From Candidatus Sericytochromatia bacterium (GTDB taxonomy: Bacteria > Cyanobacteriota > Sericytochromatia > S15B-MN24 > UBA4093): DNA of 64,000 bases. A program made the translations under genes and the position numbers. This document shows, in pieces, positions 45,491 to 55,384 of this stretch. Location of the stretch: positions 23,642 through 87,641 of the forward strand of contig JAKFCT010000031.1 in NCBI GenBank assembly GCA_036676495.1, in the 5' to 3' direction. The notes beneath the pieces were generated by a model. That model did not search any database. It was not told the DNA's origin and worked only from the letters and a program-made list of their open reading frames with translations. Every line of letters begins with the position of its first letter. Positions within the stretch are counted from its first letter, which is position 1.

Positions 45491-47095
45491 CTAGCTCCGG
45501 AACTTCGACGCGAGCTTCGCCGCCTCCTCGTTGGTCACCGTCTGGATGCGATCGAAGAGCGCCTTGGCGCTGGCCGGATCCAGGTACTCGTTGACGGCCC
45601 AGACCCCGTCCTCCTTGCGGTAACCCTGGTGCAGGCCGCTCTTGTACTTGAAGTCGATCACCGCGAGCGAGGTCGCCTCGTCGAAGCTTCCCGACGCCTC
45701 CACCTCGTAGCCCGCCACGCGCAAGGCCGCCTGAACCTGGCGCACCTGCTCGGGAGTCCCCGCGTCCGGCCCGACGGCCGATTCCTGGTAGCCCGCCACC
45801 TCCGACAGGAAGCTGCGGACGTTCTCCAGCTCGGGGGCGAGCCGGTACTTGGCCGCGATCGCCGCCGCCTTCTCCGCGGTGAGCCCCTCGCCGCTTTCGG
45901 TCGGAAGCTCGCCCAACCGGCCCATGGTGGTCGCCATGCCGGAGGTCAGCATCATGAAGGGACTGGTCTTGGCGACCCGCGTCGCGAGCTGGGCGAGGTG
46001 ATCCGCCGAGGGCAGGATCGCCGCGGCATGGGTGCCGGCCTTCAGGCCGCCGCCCGCCGCCAGCGTGCTGACCTTGGTGGCCTTGGTGGCTTCGTCGGCC
46101 ATGGCCGCCCCCCGCGCGCTCGCATCCAGCTTGGCAATATGACCGCCCGCCTGCGCCAGCGGAGAAAGCTCCTCGATCACCTTGGCGGCCGTCGACAGCT
46201 CCTTGGCGGCCTTGGTGACCGGGCCCATGATCTTGGCGGCCTCCGGGCCCATCTTGAACAGCGCCTGGGCCCCGGCAATCTCGCCCTTGGCCGCCAGCGC
46301 GCTCGCCTGGGCGACCCGCGTGGAGTACTGAGACGCATTCTGGGCGGCGGCGGCGAGCTTGGTCGCATCATCGGCCGACGCGGCGATCCGCGCCGCATGC
46401 TCCAGCTGCGAGGCCCGCTGCGCATAGGTTCCCGAGAGCTTTTCGAGGGTCTGGGCGTACTTGGCCGCCTTCGCCGGATCCGCCCCGATCCGCTGGGCGA
46501 TCCGCGCCGCGCTCTCGAGGTTGTCGGCTCCCTTGATGCCGAACATCGTGGCGTCGACGATCGCGCCGCCCGTGACGGCCACGGTGCTGGAGGCCTTGGC
46601 GATCGCCGCCTGCGCCTTCGCGCCCCCCGTGAAGAAGTTCTTGATCCCCTTGGCGGCGTTCATCACCTCCGAGGGCCCGACGAAGAGCGAGCCGATCTCG
46701 ACGATGCCGCGGCCGAGCGCCTTGCCGGGACGCCCCTCGCGGATGGCCTCCTTGTAAGGCTCGACGAAGGCATGGCCCAGCATGGAGAGCCCTTCCTTGG
46801 GGTTGGTCACCAGCTTCGCCGTGATGAAGCCGATTCCCTTGATCGTCTGGATCGGATGGCGGACCAGGGTGAAGAGGCCCTTGCCCATGTCGAAGAGGGC
46901 CTCTCCCCCTCCGACGAAGACGTCGGCCAGGTGGCCCAGCAGGCCGCGCTTCGGCTTGACGGGCTCCGCCGGGGCATTCGCCGCGGCGGTGTCCGGGAGA
47001 TCGGCTGCAGGCAGTGGAGCCGTACGAGGAGGCGTCAGGGGGCGGGTCTGCCCGACCCGGCTCTGTCCGTTCTTGCTGGTGATGTCCCAGGACAT
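45491..47095 (-). CDS. Hypothetical protein: Gly-rich hydrophobic N-domain, Ala-rich helices, C-terminal peptidoglycan-binding-like domain
   Basis: VRQVQAALRVAGY....SGSFDEATSLAVIDFK..SGL (PG_binding_1-like); N-domain paralogous to 47213-51130; SD gaggagg. Confidence 0.75.
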   Translation of the reverse strand: MSWDITSKNGQSRVGQTRPLTPPRTAPLPAADLPDTAAANAPAEPVKPKRGLLGHLADVFVGGGEALFDMGKGLFTLVRHPIQTIKGIGFITAKLVTNPKEGLSMLGHAFVEPYKEAIREGRPGKALGRGIVEIGSLFVGPSEVMNAAKGIKNFFTGGAKAQAAIAKASSTVAVTGGAIVDATMFGIKGADNLESAARIAQRIGADPAKAAKYAQTLEKLSGTYAQRASQLEHAARIAASADDATKLAAAAQNASQYSTRVAQASALAAKGEIAGAQALFKMGPEAAKIMGPVTKAAKELSTAAKVIEELSPLAQAGGHIAKLDASARGAAMADEATKATKVSTLAAGGGLKAGTHAAAILPSADHLAQLATRVAKTSPFMMLTSGMATTMGRLGELPTESGEGLTAEKAAAIAAKYRLAPELENVRSFLSEVAGYQESAVGPDAGTPEQVRQVQAALRVAGYEVEASGSFDEATSLAVIDFKYKSGLHQGYRKEDGVWAVNEYLDPASAKALFDRIQTVTNEEAAKLASKFRS

Positions 47096-47178
47096 GGCGC
47101 CCTCCTCGTGAACCGTGACATGTGATCTATCGCGGAAACGCCAGATCGCTTGCAGGTTTTAATAGAGTTTTAATGGAA

Positions 47179-47204
47179 GAGGGGGAGCCCGCGGGCTCCC
47201 CCTC
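47179..47204 (-). terminator. Hairpin between the two paralogs
   Basis: gagggggagccc-gc-gggctccccctc. Confidence 0.55.
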
Positions 47205-47212
47205 CTCTGACT

Positions 47213-50200
47213 TTAGCTAGGCAGCTTCAGGGACTGACCCGGCCGGATGACGTTGGGGTTGGGCCCGATGACATCCTTGTTCAGGTCGTAGATCTCGCGC
47301 CACCGGTTGCCGTCACCCAGTTCGCGCTGCGCGATCCGCGAGAGCGAGTCGCCGTTCCCGACCTTGACGGTCTTGGGGGCGGGCTTGGCCGGCTCGGCGG
47401 GCTTCGCCGGTTCCGCAGGCTTCGAGCCCTTGGGAGGCTCGGCGGGCTTCGCGGGCTCCGCGGGCTTGGCCGGTTCCGCGGGCTTCGAGCCCTTGGGGGG
47501 CTCGGCCGGCTTGGCGGGCTCAGCCGGATCCTTGGCCGGAACGGGGGTCCCGGTCTTGGGAGGCTCGGCCGGCTTCACGGGAGTCGTCGGAGCGCTGCCC
47601 TTCGGCAGGGCGTCGACGATGGCCTTCGCCGTCTGCTCGCCCACGTACTCGTTGATGGCCCAGGTGCCGTCCGCGAGCTTGTAGTTCTGATGCAGGCCGT
47701 TCTTCTGCTTGATGTCGATGATGGCGTCGGCCGTGGCGTCATCGAACTTGCCCGAGGGGGAGACCTCGTAGCCGAGGCGCGTGAGCAGCGTCTGCAGCTG
47801 GCGGATCACCTCCGGGGTGCCGGCGTCGGGACCGATCGCCGAGTCACGGTAGCCCATGATCTCGTCGACGAAGGCCTTGACGTTGCTGGGCTCGTCCATG
47901 ATCTTGTGCTGCTTCACGAGATCCTTGATCTGGGCCTCGGTCAGCGTGCCAGTCGCCGGAGTCTCGCCCGGCTTGGGCGTGGTCGGCTTGGTCGGCTCCG
48001 CCGGAGTCTCGGTCTTGGGCGGCAGGGTCGGCAGACCGTTGCCGGGCTTCTTATCGCCGACCGCGGGCAGGTGGAGTTTCTGACCGGGCAGGATCAGGTT
48101 GGGGTTGGGCCCGATCGCCTGCTTGTTCAGCTCGTAGATCTCGCGCCAGCGGTTGGCGTCACCCAGCTCCTGCTTGGCGATCGACGAGAGCGTGTCCCCA
48201 CGCTTGACCGTGTGGTAGACCGGCGGGTTGGACGGCACGGCCGCGCGGGGACGGCCGCCCGGAGTGACGCCGTCGGTCGGACGGGGCTTGCCCGCGTCGG
48301 GCTTGCCCGCACCGGGCTTGCCGGTCGCGCCCGGAGGCGTGGGCTCGGTCTCCTCGGCCTCGGCGTCTTCGCCAGGCTTGGCGGAGCCGGTTCCCGGCTT
48401 GGAGGCCGGCTGGAGGGCCTCCTTGGCCTTGAGGCGGCCGGCCTCCACCATCTTCATGATCGCCTCTTCGCTGAAGCCCGCCTCCGACAGCGCGTCGGCC
48501 AGGCCACCCATCTCCTCGGAGACCGTCTGCTGGACGCTCTCATCGTCGGAGTGAGCGAGCATCGCGAGATCCGCGATGGCGTCGATCGCCGCGGCCTCGA
48601 CGGCTTCCTTGGCCTTGGCCTTCGCCGCGTCGGTCTTGGCCGCGCCCAGGGTGTCGAGAGCCTTGGAGAGGGCTTCGGCGTGCTCCTGGTAAGCCTTCGC
48701 GACGTTGTCGATGTCCAGGCCTTCGGGGGCCGAGGGCTTCGAGGCCTCGTCGGTCTCGGCAGGCTGGTCGGCCAGGACCTTGGCCTCCTCGATCAGGGCG
48801 AAGATCTGATCGTCGGAGAAGCCGGCCTTGGTGAGCTGCTCGGCAATCTTGTCCATCTGGGCGCCCGCCTCGGCGGAGCCCTTCTCGTCGGTGCGGGCCT
48901 TGCGGACCAGGTCGGCGATCGCCAGGATCGCGGTCTCCTCGACAGCCTTCTTCGCCGAGTTCTTCTGGGCGGGAGAGGCTTCCGTGAGGCCCTTGAGGGC
49001 GCTGTCCAGGTCCGCGAGGTGAGCCTCGAGGGCCTCGGGATCGAAGGCGGGAGCCTTCTGGCCGCCCTTCTTCGCCTGAAGCTCGTCGACCATCGCGCGG
49101 GCCGTGGCCTCGTCGACGTACTCGTTGATGGCGGGCTTGCCGTTGGCGAGCACGTAGCTCTGGGTGATGCCGTTGCGCTCCTTGAAGTCGATCACGGCGA
49201 GGGCCGTGGCTTCGTCGAACTTGCCGGACGCCTCGACGTCGTAGCCCAGGCCGCGCAGGACGGTCTGAAGCTGGGCGACCTGCTCGGGAGTGCCGGAGTC
49301 GGGGCCGATGGCGTTCTCGCCGTAGCCCGCGACCTCGCGCTTGAAGGCCTCGAGGTTCGATGCGGACGGATCGAGTCCGAAGCGCTTGGCCAGATCGGAA
49401 TCGCTGCCCTTGGTGTCGACGCCTTCGCCCAGGCGGCCCAGGAGCCCCATGGTGACGGCGGGCCGGTAGAGGACGGCGGGGTTGGTCATCGCCAGGTTGG
49501 CGAGGTGGGCGGGAGCCGTGATGATTTCACGCAGCGTCAGATCGCCGGCCTTGCCGATCACCTGAGCACCCGCTCGGACGGCGTTGCCGACCCCGCGGAT
49601 GGGGGCGGTGAGGATCTCGCGCAGGGGCAGGTCCGAGATGGCCGCCAGGCCGTTCGAGATGATCCGGCCGGCGCCCTTCACCGCCTGGATGGGCAGGGTG
49701 ATGGGGGCCGTGATCAGCTCGCGCAGGGTGACTTCGCCCAGGCGCTGGGCGCCGCGGGCGATCGTCTCGCCGGCCTTGCCGGCGATGACGGCGGCTTGTT
49801 CGCCGGCCTCGCGGGCGGCGACGATGCCGAGGTCGATCGGCCGGCCGATGGTCTCGGCCGCCTTCTTGAGCGGGTTGGTGACGTAGTTGGTGCGGGTGAA
49901 GTAGTTGGCGGGGTTGGCCGCAGCACCCTGCAGGCGAACTCCGTTGACCAGCTTCTCGATCGCCGTCGAGCCGGCTTCGAGGCCGAGCTTCGCGGCGGCA
50001 GAGGCCTGAGCGGCCTGCTTGGCGGCGGTCGCCGTGGCGCCCGCGGCCTTCTGGGCCTGGTAGATCTTGGCGGCCTCGTCGAGGGCTCCGCTGATCATCT
50101 TGGAGTCCTTGATGCCAAGCTTGGCGAGCTCCTTGATGGCGGTCTTCGTGAGGACGGGCTGGGTCGAGACGACCACCTTGGTGGCGGCGCTGCCGGCCTT

Positions 50201-51130
50201 GGCGACTTCGTCGGCGGACTTGGCCGCGGCGGTGCCGATCTTGGCCAGGTCGTCGAGGGTGGAGGTGCCCTTCAGGACGGCATCGGCTCCCTTGAGCGCG
50301 GGAAGCATCGACGCGATGGCGGCGCCTTCCGCGGTGGCCGCGATGGCCGAGGCGCCCTTGGCGAGGTTGCCGGTGGCGGCGGCCACGTTGCCGCCGGTCG
50401 AGACGTAGCGGACCCGCGCCATGACCTCGGCGGCGTCGGCGCCGGCCTGGATGGCCTTGCCCGCCTCGTCGAGGAAGCCGGCGTAGGCGACCATGTTGGC
50501 GGCCTCGGCGGCCTTACCGGCCTTGGCGAGGACGTCGGCGCGCTGGGTGCTCTTCTCGGCGGCCTTGATCAGGCCTGAGGCGGTCTTGGCCGCCTTCTCG
50601 GTGACGGTGACGGCACCCGCAGCCGCCGTGGCGGCGGCCCCGCCGGCACCGATCACGCCGCCCGCCTGGCCGCCCTTGAAGAGCCCCTTGATGGCGTTGG
50701 TGGCACCCTTGACCCCGTTGGCGATCTCGGCAGGCCCCACGAAGAGGGAGCCGATCTCGACGATGCCGCGTCCGAGTGCCTTACCGGGCCGACCCTCGCG
50801 GATGGCCTCCTTGTAGGGCTCGACGAAGGCATGCACCAGGGCCGACGGATGCGTGATCACGTACCCGATGCCCTTGAGGGTCTGGATCGGGTGGGTGATC
50901 ACGGTCGCGATTCCCTTGACCATGTCCCCGATGGCTTCGCCACCGCCGATGAAGACGTCGGCGATGTGCCCGAACAGCCCGCGCTTCTTGGGGGCCTCCT
51001 GCGGGGGCGCTGCAGCGGTGACCGAGGCGGTCGCTTCGACCAAGCCCTCACCGACGGCGGGCGTGACGCTCGCTCGGGGTGGGGTCAAGGGCGCTGACAT
51101 CGCCCGGTTGTTGACGTTATTGGTGGTCAT
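47213..51130 (-). CDS. Large multidomain protein: hydrophobic N-domain, two PG-binding-like domains, two LysM domains
   Basis: HTVKRGDTLSSIAKQELGD..RWREIY.LN...IG.NPN.I.PGQ.L.LP twice; two QLQ.LL..LGY..SGKFD.AT modules; PAEPAK repeats. Confidence 0.85.
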   Translation of the reverse strand: MTTNNVNNRAMSAPLTPPRASVTPAVGEGLVEATASVTAAAPPQEAPKKRGLFGHIADVFIGGGEAIGDMVKGIATVITHPIQTLKGIGYVITHPSALVHAFVEPYKEAIREGRPGKALGRGIVEIGSLFVGPAEIANGVKGATNAIKGLFKGGQAGGVIGAGGAAATAAAGAVTVTEKAAKTASGLIKAAEKSTQRADVLAKAGKAAEAANMVAYAGFLDEAGKAIQAGADAAEVMARVRYVSTGGNVAAATGNLAKGASAIAATAEGAAIASMLPALKGADAVLKGTSTLDDLAKIGTAAAKSADEVAKAGSAATKVVVSTQPVLTKTAIKELAKLGIKDSKMISGALDEAAKIYQAQKAAGATATAAKQAAQASAAAKLGLEAGSTAIEKLVNGVRLQGAAANPANYFTRTNYVTNPLKKAAETIGRPIDLGIVAAREAGEQAAVIAGKAGETIARGAQRLGEVTLRELITAPITLPIQAVKGAGRIISNGLAAISDLPLREILTAPIRGVGNAVRAGAQVIGKAGDLTLREIITAPAHLANLAMTNPAVLYRPAVTMGLLGRLGEGVDTKGSDSDLAKRFGLDPSASNLEAFKREVAGYGENAIGPDSGTPEQVAQLQTVLRGLGYDVEASGKFDEATALAVIDFKERNGITQSYVLANGKPAINEYVDEATARAMVDELQAKKGGQKAPAFDPEALEAHLADLDSALKGLTEASPAQKNSAKKAVEETAILAIADLVRKARTDEKGSAEAGAQMDKIAEQLTKAGFSDDQIFALIEEAKVLADQPAETDEASKPSAPEGLDIDNVAKAYQEHAEALSKALDTLGAAKTDAAKAKAKEAVEAAAIDAIADLAMLAHSDDESVQQTVSEEMGGLADALSEAGFSEEAIMKMVEAGRLKAKEALQPASKPGTGSAKPGEDAEAEETEPTPPGATGKPGAGKPDAGKPRPTDGVTPGGRPRAAVPSNPPVYHTVKRGDTLSSIAKQELGDANRWREIYELNKQAIGPNPNLILPGQKLHLPAVGDKKPGNGLPTLPPKTETPAEPTKPTTPKPGETPATGTLTEAQIKDLVKQHKIMDEPSNVKAFVDEIMGYRDSAIGPDAGTPEVIRQLQTLLTRLGYEVSPSGKFDDATADAIIDIKQKNGLHQNYKLADGTWAINEYVGEQTAKAIVDALPKGSAPTTPVKPAEPPKTGTPVPAKDPAEPAKPAEPPKGSKPAEPAKPAEPAKPAEPPKGSKPAEPAKPAEPAKPAPKTVKVGNGDSLSRIAQRELGDGNRWREIYDLNKDVIGPNPNVIRPGQSLKLPS

Positions 51131-51441
51131 CGTGCCCTCCTGCGCGGGGGGATGGTCCCGCTAGTCCTGCTGGGGTCTTTCATATACTTGTCGCGCCCCG
51201 AGCCAGGAGACTTTCGTTCCAGGAGTGTTAAGGGCGTTTAAATCTTTATTAAGCCTCGGGGAGGCTGCTTCCAGCTCCCGTGCCAGGGGATGTGCATGCG
51301 TCACATGCCCTTTTCCTTCTATACCCAGGGGGCAAGCGATCTTTTCGATCGCAAGGCCGCTTCCGGAGGGCCTTTCGGGCCGCTTCGCGCGAAACGTAGG
51401 AGCCCCGCGGATCACGCCGCGGGGCTCCTCGGTAAGACGGT

Positions 51442-51909
51442 CTAACGACGCTGAGCGCAGCTTGGGCAGAACCCGTAGATCTTGAATTGCACGTCGAGCA
51501 CCCGGAAATTGTGCTTTTGGCCGATCGCCCGACCCGCCTCGGTGAGGTTCGCGTCCGAGAACTCGATCGTCGTTCCACACTCCACGCAGACCAGGTGCTG
51601 GTGGGGGTGGGACTCGCGGTTGAGCTCGTAGTGCTTGTGGCCCTCGGCGAAGTCCAGCTCGCGCAAGACTCCGATCGAGGCCAGGAGCTTGAGCGTCCGG
51701 TAGGCCGTCGCCAGGCTGATCGGGGGCTCTTCGCTGGCGAGCTGCTGGTGGAGCTCTTCGGCCGAGAGGTGGGTGCCCTCGGGAAGCTCGTGGAAGATCT
51801 GGAGGATCCGTTCGCGCTGGGGCGTGAGGCGGTAGCCCCGGCGGCGGAGATCCTGGACGGTTTCGGCGTGGGTGCTGCCGGTATCGGCCATCGTTTGTTC
51901 GCTACCCAT
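51442..51909 (-). CDS. fur: Fur-family transcriptional regulator
   Basis: RLTPQRERIL, HLSAEEL, ISLATAYRTL, HPHQHLVCVECG, C-terminal CPSC. Confidence 0.93.
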   Translation of the reverse strand: MGSEQTMADTGSTHAETVQDLRRRGYRLTPQRERILQIFHELPEGTHLSAEELHQQLASEEPPISLATAYRTLKLLASIGVLRELDFAEGHKHYELNRESHPHQHLVCVECGTTIEFSDANLTEAGRAIGQKHNFRVLDVQFKIYGFCPSCAQRR

Positions 51910-51910
51910 T

Positions 51911-52756
51911 CTAGAGCAGGCTCGTGATCCGGGCGCGGAGCTTGCGCATGCACTCCTGGCCCTGGTCGAATCCCACCATGCGGGAGATCGCCATGCCGAG
52001 GCGATCGCTGAGATCCACCATCTGTCCGAAGGTGACGTTCTCGAGATCTCCGATGCCCATTTCCTGGCATGCCGAGTCCACCAGGTGGTGGGCCACCTCG
52101 TAGCCGACGAACTCCATGATGATGAGCGCGAAGGAGTCGAAGCGGGTCCGCTGGATGGGGGCGCTGGCGGGGTCCGGGCCGTCCACGGAGTGGGCGATCA
52201 CCGCCCCGGTGTAGAGCAGGCTCTTGAGGGCGGCGCAGGACTCTTGTTCGCCCAGGTGCGAGTTCTCGAAGAACTGCGCCATGGTGAACGACCGCGGGAG
52301 TTTGCGCATCCAGTGGGGAATCCACTCCGGGCTCTCGCCGCGATCCCACTGGAAGGCGTCGAGGCCTTCCTGCGAGTAGGAGACCGCCGAGGTCAGATCC
52401 GTGACGAGCCCCTTGTAGTGATGGCATTCGTCCATGCGGCGCATGCCCTCCAGGAGGACCCAGTCGATCGGGCGATTGATGTTGCTCTCGGGGAGCTCCT
52501 CGGGAGTGGCCTCGATCACCCGGAAGGTGCCGACGTTCCACCAGCAGATGATCCGGAACATGGCGTCCTCGCCGCGCAGAACGTTGACCGCGGCGTACTT
52601 GAGCATGCCGTTCTGGAAGTACATCTCGGCGGATTGGCCGATCTCGACGCGCCCCAACTCGAGCTTGGCGGTTTTCTGCTCCAGCTTGATGAGCTGGACC
52701 AGGTTCGGGAAGCTGATCGACCCGATGTTTCCTTCAAGCAAGACGAGGTTGGACAC
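51911..52756 (-). CDS. DUF4388 (PATAN-like) domain protein
   Basis: LEGNIGSISFPNLVQLI..EQKTAKL...YFQNG...A..GEDA......W..GTF...LLEGMRRMDE; GTG start after an SD. Confidence 0.82.
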   Translation of the reverse strand: MSNLVLLEGNIGSISFPNLVQLIKLEQKTAKLELGRVEIGQSAEMYFQNGMLKYAAVNVLRGEDAMFRIICWWNVGTFRVIEATPEELPESNINRPIDWVLLEGMRRMDECHHYKGLVTDLTSAVSYSQEGLDAFQWDRGESPEWIPHWMRKLPRSFTMAQFFENSHLGEQESCAALKSLLYTGAVIAHSVDGPDPASAPIQRTRFDSFALIIMEFVGYEVAHHLVDSACQEMGIGDLENVTFGQMVDLSDRLGMAISRMVGFDQGQECMRKLRARITSLL

Positions 52757-52938
52757 GTTCCCTACCTTTTCAATCGCAGTGTGAGGGCCATGGAGTGGGG
52801 AGACCCACATGGATCTGGTGCTTCATTATACCTGGCCGGGAGCCTTCTAGCTACTGGCGGGCCGCGGCTCCGGCAGGGCGGGGCCACCACGGGCATGGCC
52901 CCGCTAAATCCCCGTCTTCAGGGCGGTGCGGCCCTTTT

Positions 52939-54501
52939 TTAGTTGGCGGGGCGAGGCTGCTTGGCGCGTCGGGCCCCCAGCAGGGCGGCGATCAGGGGGA
53001 CCCGCATGGCGCTCAGCAAGCCGCCGTACGCCACGATCCCGAAGCTTCCGAGCGTCACGAGCTCGATGATCGCTCCGAGCTGTCCCTCGCCGGGGAGGAA
53101 GGGGCGGGCCACCCAGCAGAGCGCGCTCACGGCCGTGGCGGCCAGTAGCGACTTCCCGAACGTCGCCATGCTGGGCCCCAGGCCCAGCGTGCCGAGATCG
53201 CGCTTGAGAAGCAGGCCCAGGAGGAAGAGGTTGGTGAAGGTGACGGCCGCAGTCGCAGCGGCGAGGCCGGCCGCGCCGAAACGTCCCACCAGCAGCCAGC
53301 AGAACAAGAAGGTCGTGCCGATCGAGACGATCGTCACGGCGAGCGGCGTGCGGCTCTGGTTCTTGGCGTAGAAGACCCGGGTGAAGAGATCGCGCACGGC
53401 GTACGCCGCGATCGAGAGGGCCAGGATGCCCAGGATCAGGGCGGTTTCGCGGGTGTCGGCGGCGGTGAAGGCTCCGCGCTCGAAGGCGAGGCGAATGGCG
53501 GATTCTCCCAGCACGATCAAGAGGCCGGTCATGGGCAAGGCCGTGATCACGATGGTCTGGAAGCCGCGGTTCATCCAGGTCTTCAGCCCCGCCTCGTCCC
53601 CTTCGGCGGCCGCTTTGGTCATTACCGGGAACATCGGGACCAGCAACGCGGTGAGCATGATGCCCAGGGGGAGCTGGATCAGGAGGTTGGCGGCGTTGAA
53701 GCGGGAGACGACCCCGATGGCGAGGCTGGAGGCGAAGGCGGTGGCGATCATGACGTTCACGGTGCCGATCGAGCTGGAGGCCATGGCCGGCACGAGCATC
53801 CGGAAGGTCTCTCCGACGGCCGGGTGAGTGATCTTGGCCAGTTTCAATCCGCTCTGGGGGCCTGCCAGGTCCTTCCAGCCCATGGCCACGGGGATACCCT
53901 GGACCAGCAGTTGGAGCGAGCCTCCGATCAGGGTGCCCCAGGCGAGGGATTCGGGGGTGCGCCAGAGGAGGACGGAGCCGATGATGGCGACCGAGGAGAG
54001 GATGGGGGAGAGGGAGGGGAGGGCGAAGCGGTCCTGGACGTTGGAGATGCCGCAGAAGACGCCGAGCAGGCCGCCGACGAGCAAGAGGGGGCTCATGATG
54101 CGCAGCTGCATGATGGCGAGCCGCGTGACCTCGGGGTCGGCCTGCGGGGCGATCACGCCGATCACGGCGGGGGCTCCGAGGCCGATGACGAGGGCGAGGG
54201 CGCCCATGCCGGCGGCGGTGAGCGCCATGAGGGTCAGAAGGACGCTAGGGATGCTCGCCTCGTCCTTGGCTGCGCGCAGGCGGGTGACGCAGGCCATGGT
54301 CGCGAGGTGGAACGGGCCGTTCAGGCCGCCCAGCAGGATCAGGGCGAGGGCGGGGAGGCCGTTGTAGGCGATCGCATAGGCGTCGCGGGCCGCCCCGGCG
54401 CCGAAGACCGGGAAGATGACCGCTTCGCGCAGGAAGCCGATGCCCTTGCTCAAGAGGGCCAGGAGGGCGATGAGGGTTCCGGCGCGGAGCAGTTTAGACA
54501 C
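52939..54501 (-). CDS. murJ: Lipid II flippase MurJ/MviN
   Basis: SKGIGFLRE..FGAG..DAY, QLPLG, FERGAF, RVFYA; ~14 TMs. Confidence 0.93.
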   Translation of the reverse strand: MSKLLRAGTLIALLALLSKGIGFLREAVIFPVFGAGAARDAYAIAYNGLPALALILLGGLNGPFHLATMACVTRLRAAKDEASIPSVLLTLMALTAAGMGALALVIGLGAPAVIGVIAPQADPEVTRLAIMQLRIMSPLLLVGGLLGVFCGISNVQDRFALPSLSPILSSVAIIGSVLLWRTPESLAWGTLIGGSLQLLVQGIPVAMGWKDLAGPQSGLKLAKITHPAVGETFRMLVPAMASSSIGTVNVMIATAFASSLAIGVVSRFNAANLLIQLPLGIMLTALLVPMFPVMTKAAAEGDEAGLKTWMNRGFQTIVITALPMTGLLIVLGESAIRLAFERGAFTAADTRETALILGILALSIAAYAVRDLFTRVFYAKNQSRTPLAVTIVSIGTTFLFCWLLVGRFGAAGLAAATAAVTFTNLFLLGLLLKRDLGTLGLGPSMATFGKSLLAATAVSALCWVARPFLPGEGQLGAIIELVTLGSFGIVAYGGLLSAMRVPLIAALLGARRAKQPRPAN

Positions 54502-55105
54502 GGGCGCCCATGTCCGCGAGGATCCAGGTCACGGCGTCCTTGAGGGTGGGGGCGACGTGGTCGGGCTTGACGGGCCACTGGTACTCGCCGTCCAGGACGC
54601 GCTGGCCGAAGCCCGAGGTCAACAGCACCGTCTTGCAGCCGGCGTTCTGTCCGAGCTCGACGTCGGTGGCCTTGTCGCCGACGACGTAGGAGCGCGAAAG
54701 GTCGATCCCGTGCTTCTCGGTGGCGAGTTTCACCAGCTGGGTGCCGGGTTTGCGGCAGTCGCAGGCCATGGTGTATTCGGGCACGGTGCCGTCGGGGAGG
54801 TGGGGGCAGTAGTAGACGTCGTCGAGGAAGGCTCCCTCGTCCTCGAGCAGCTGGTTGAGGCGATCGTGAAGCGTGTCGAGGTGGGACTCGGGGTAGTAGC
54901 CGCGGGCGGGGCCGGACTGGTTCGTCACGAGGATGGCCAGCACTCCGAGGGTGTTGAGCTCGCGGATGGCGTCGGCGGCACCGGGGATCAGGTTGAGGTC
55001 GAGGGGGTTGTGGATGTAGCCCACTTCCTCGTTGATGGTGCCGTCGCGATCGAGAAAGACGGCGGGGCGCAGGGCGGCATGGTCGGGGGCGTCGAAGCGT
55101 TGCAA
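54494..55105 (-). CDS. gmhB: D-glycero-D-manno-heptose 1,7-bisphosphate phosphatase (HAD IIIA)
   Basis: FLDRDGTI, VTNQSG, YYCPH...CDCRKP, VGDK..D; SD gaggagg before TTG 55105. Confidence 0.85.
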   Translation of the reverse strand: MQRFDAPDHAALRPAVFLDRDGTINEEVGYIHNPLDLNLIPGAADAIRELNTLGVLAILVTNQSGPARGYYPESHLDTLHDRLNQLLEDEGAFLDDVYYCPHLPDGTVPEYTMACDCRKPGTQLVKLATEKHGIDLSRSYVVGDKATDVELGQNAGCKTVLLTSGFGQRVLDGEYQWPVKPDHVAPTLKDAVTWILADMGARV

Positions 55106-55149
55106 AGGATCCTCCTCGCGGCGTGGGGAGCGAACCGCATTATAACGCG

Positions 55150-55212
55150 GGCAGAGACGCCCGCGCCACAGGCAGAGACGCCCGCGCCACAGGCAGAGAT
55201 GCCCGCGCCACA
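55150..55212. repeat. 21-bp REP-like tandem repeat x3
   Basis: ggcagaga(c/t)gcccgcgccaca x3 with an internal palindrome; GTGG-type REP-like hairpin gtggggcgggcctctgcgcccgcc follows. Confidence 0.85.
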
Positions 55213-55384
55213 GTAGGTAGGGGAGCCGGCCAGCGGGGTAGATCGGCCAGGTGGCCCAAAGTGATGGGCCCGTGGGGCGGGCCTCTGCGCCCGCCATGGC
55301 TTCCAATGGCTTCCCAAAGGCTTGAATTGCCCATGCCATGCGAGCGTGATAAAATCGGGGGTCCTTTAAGAAAGCGAGGTTCCG

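Noticed and set aside
52907-52940. aaatccccgtcttcagggcggtgc resembling an IS200/IS605 end
   Set aside because: Match is short and degenerate with no tnpA/tnpB remnant; equally explained as a hairpin at the murJ 3' end
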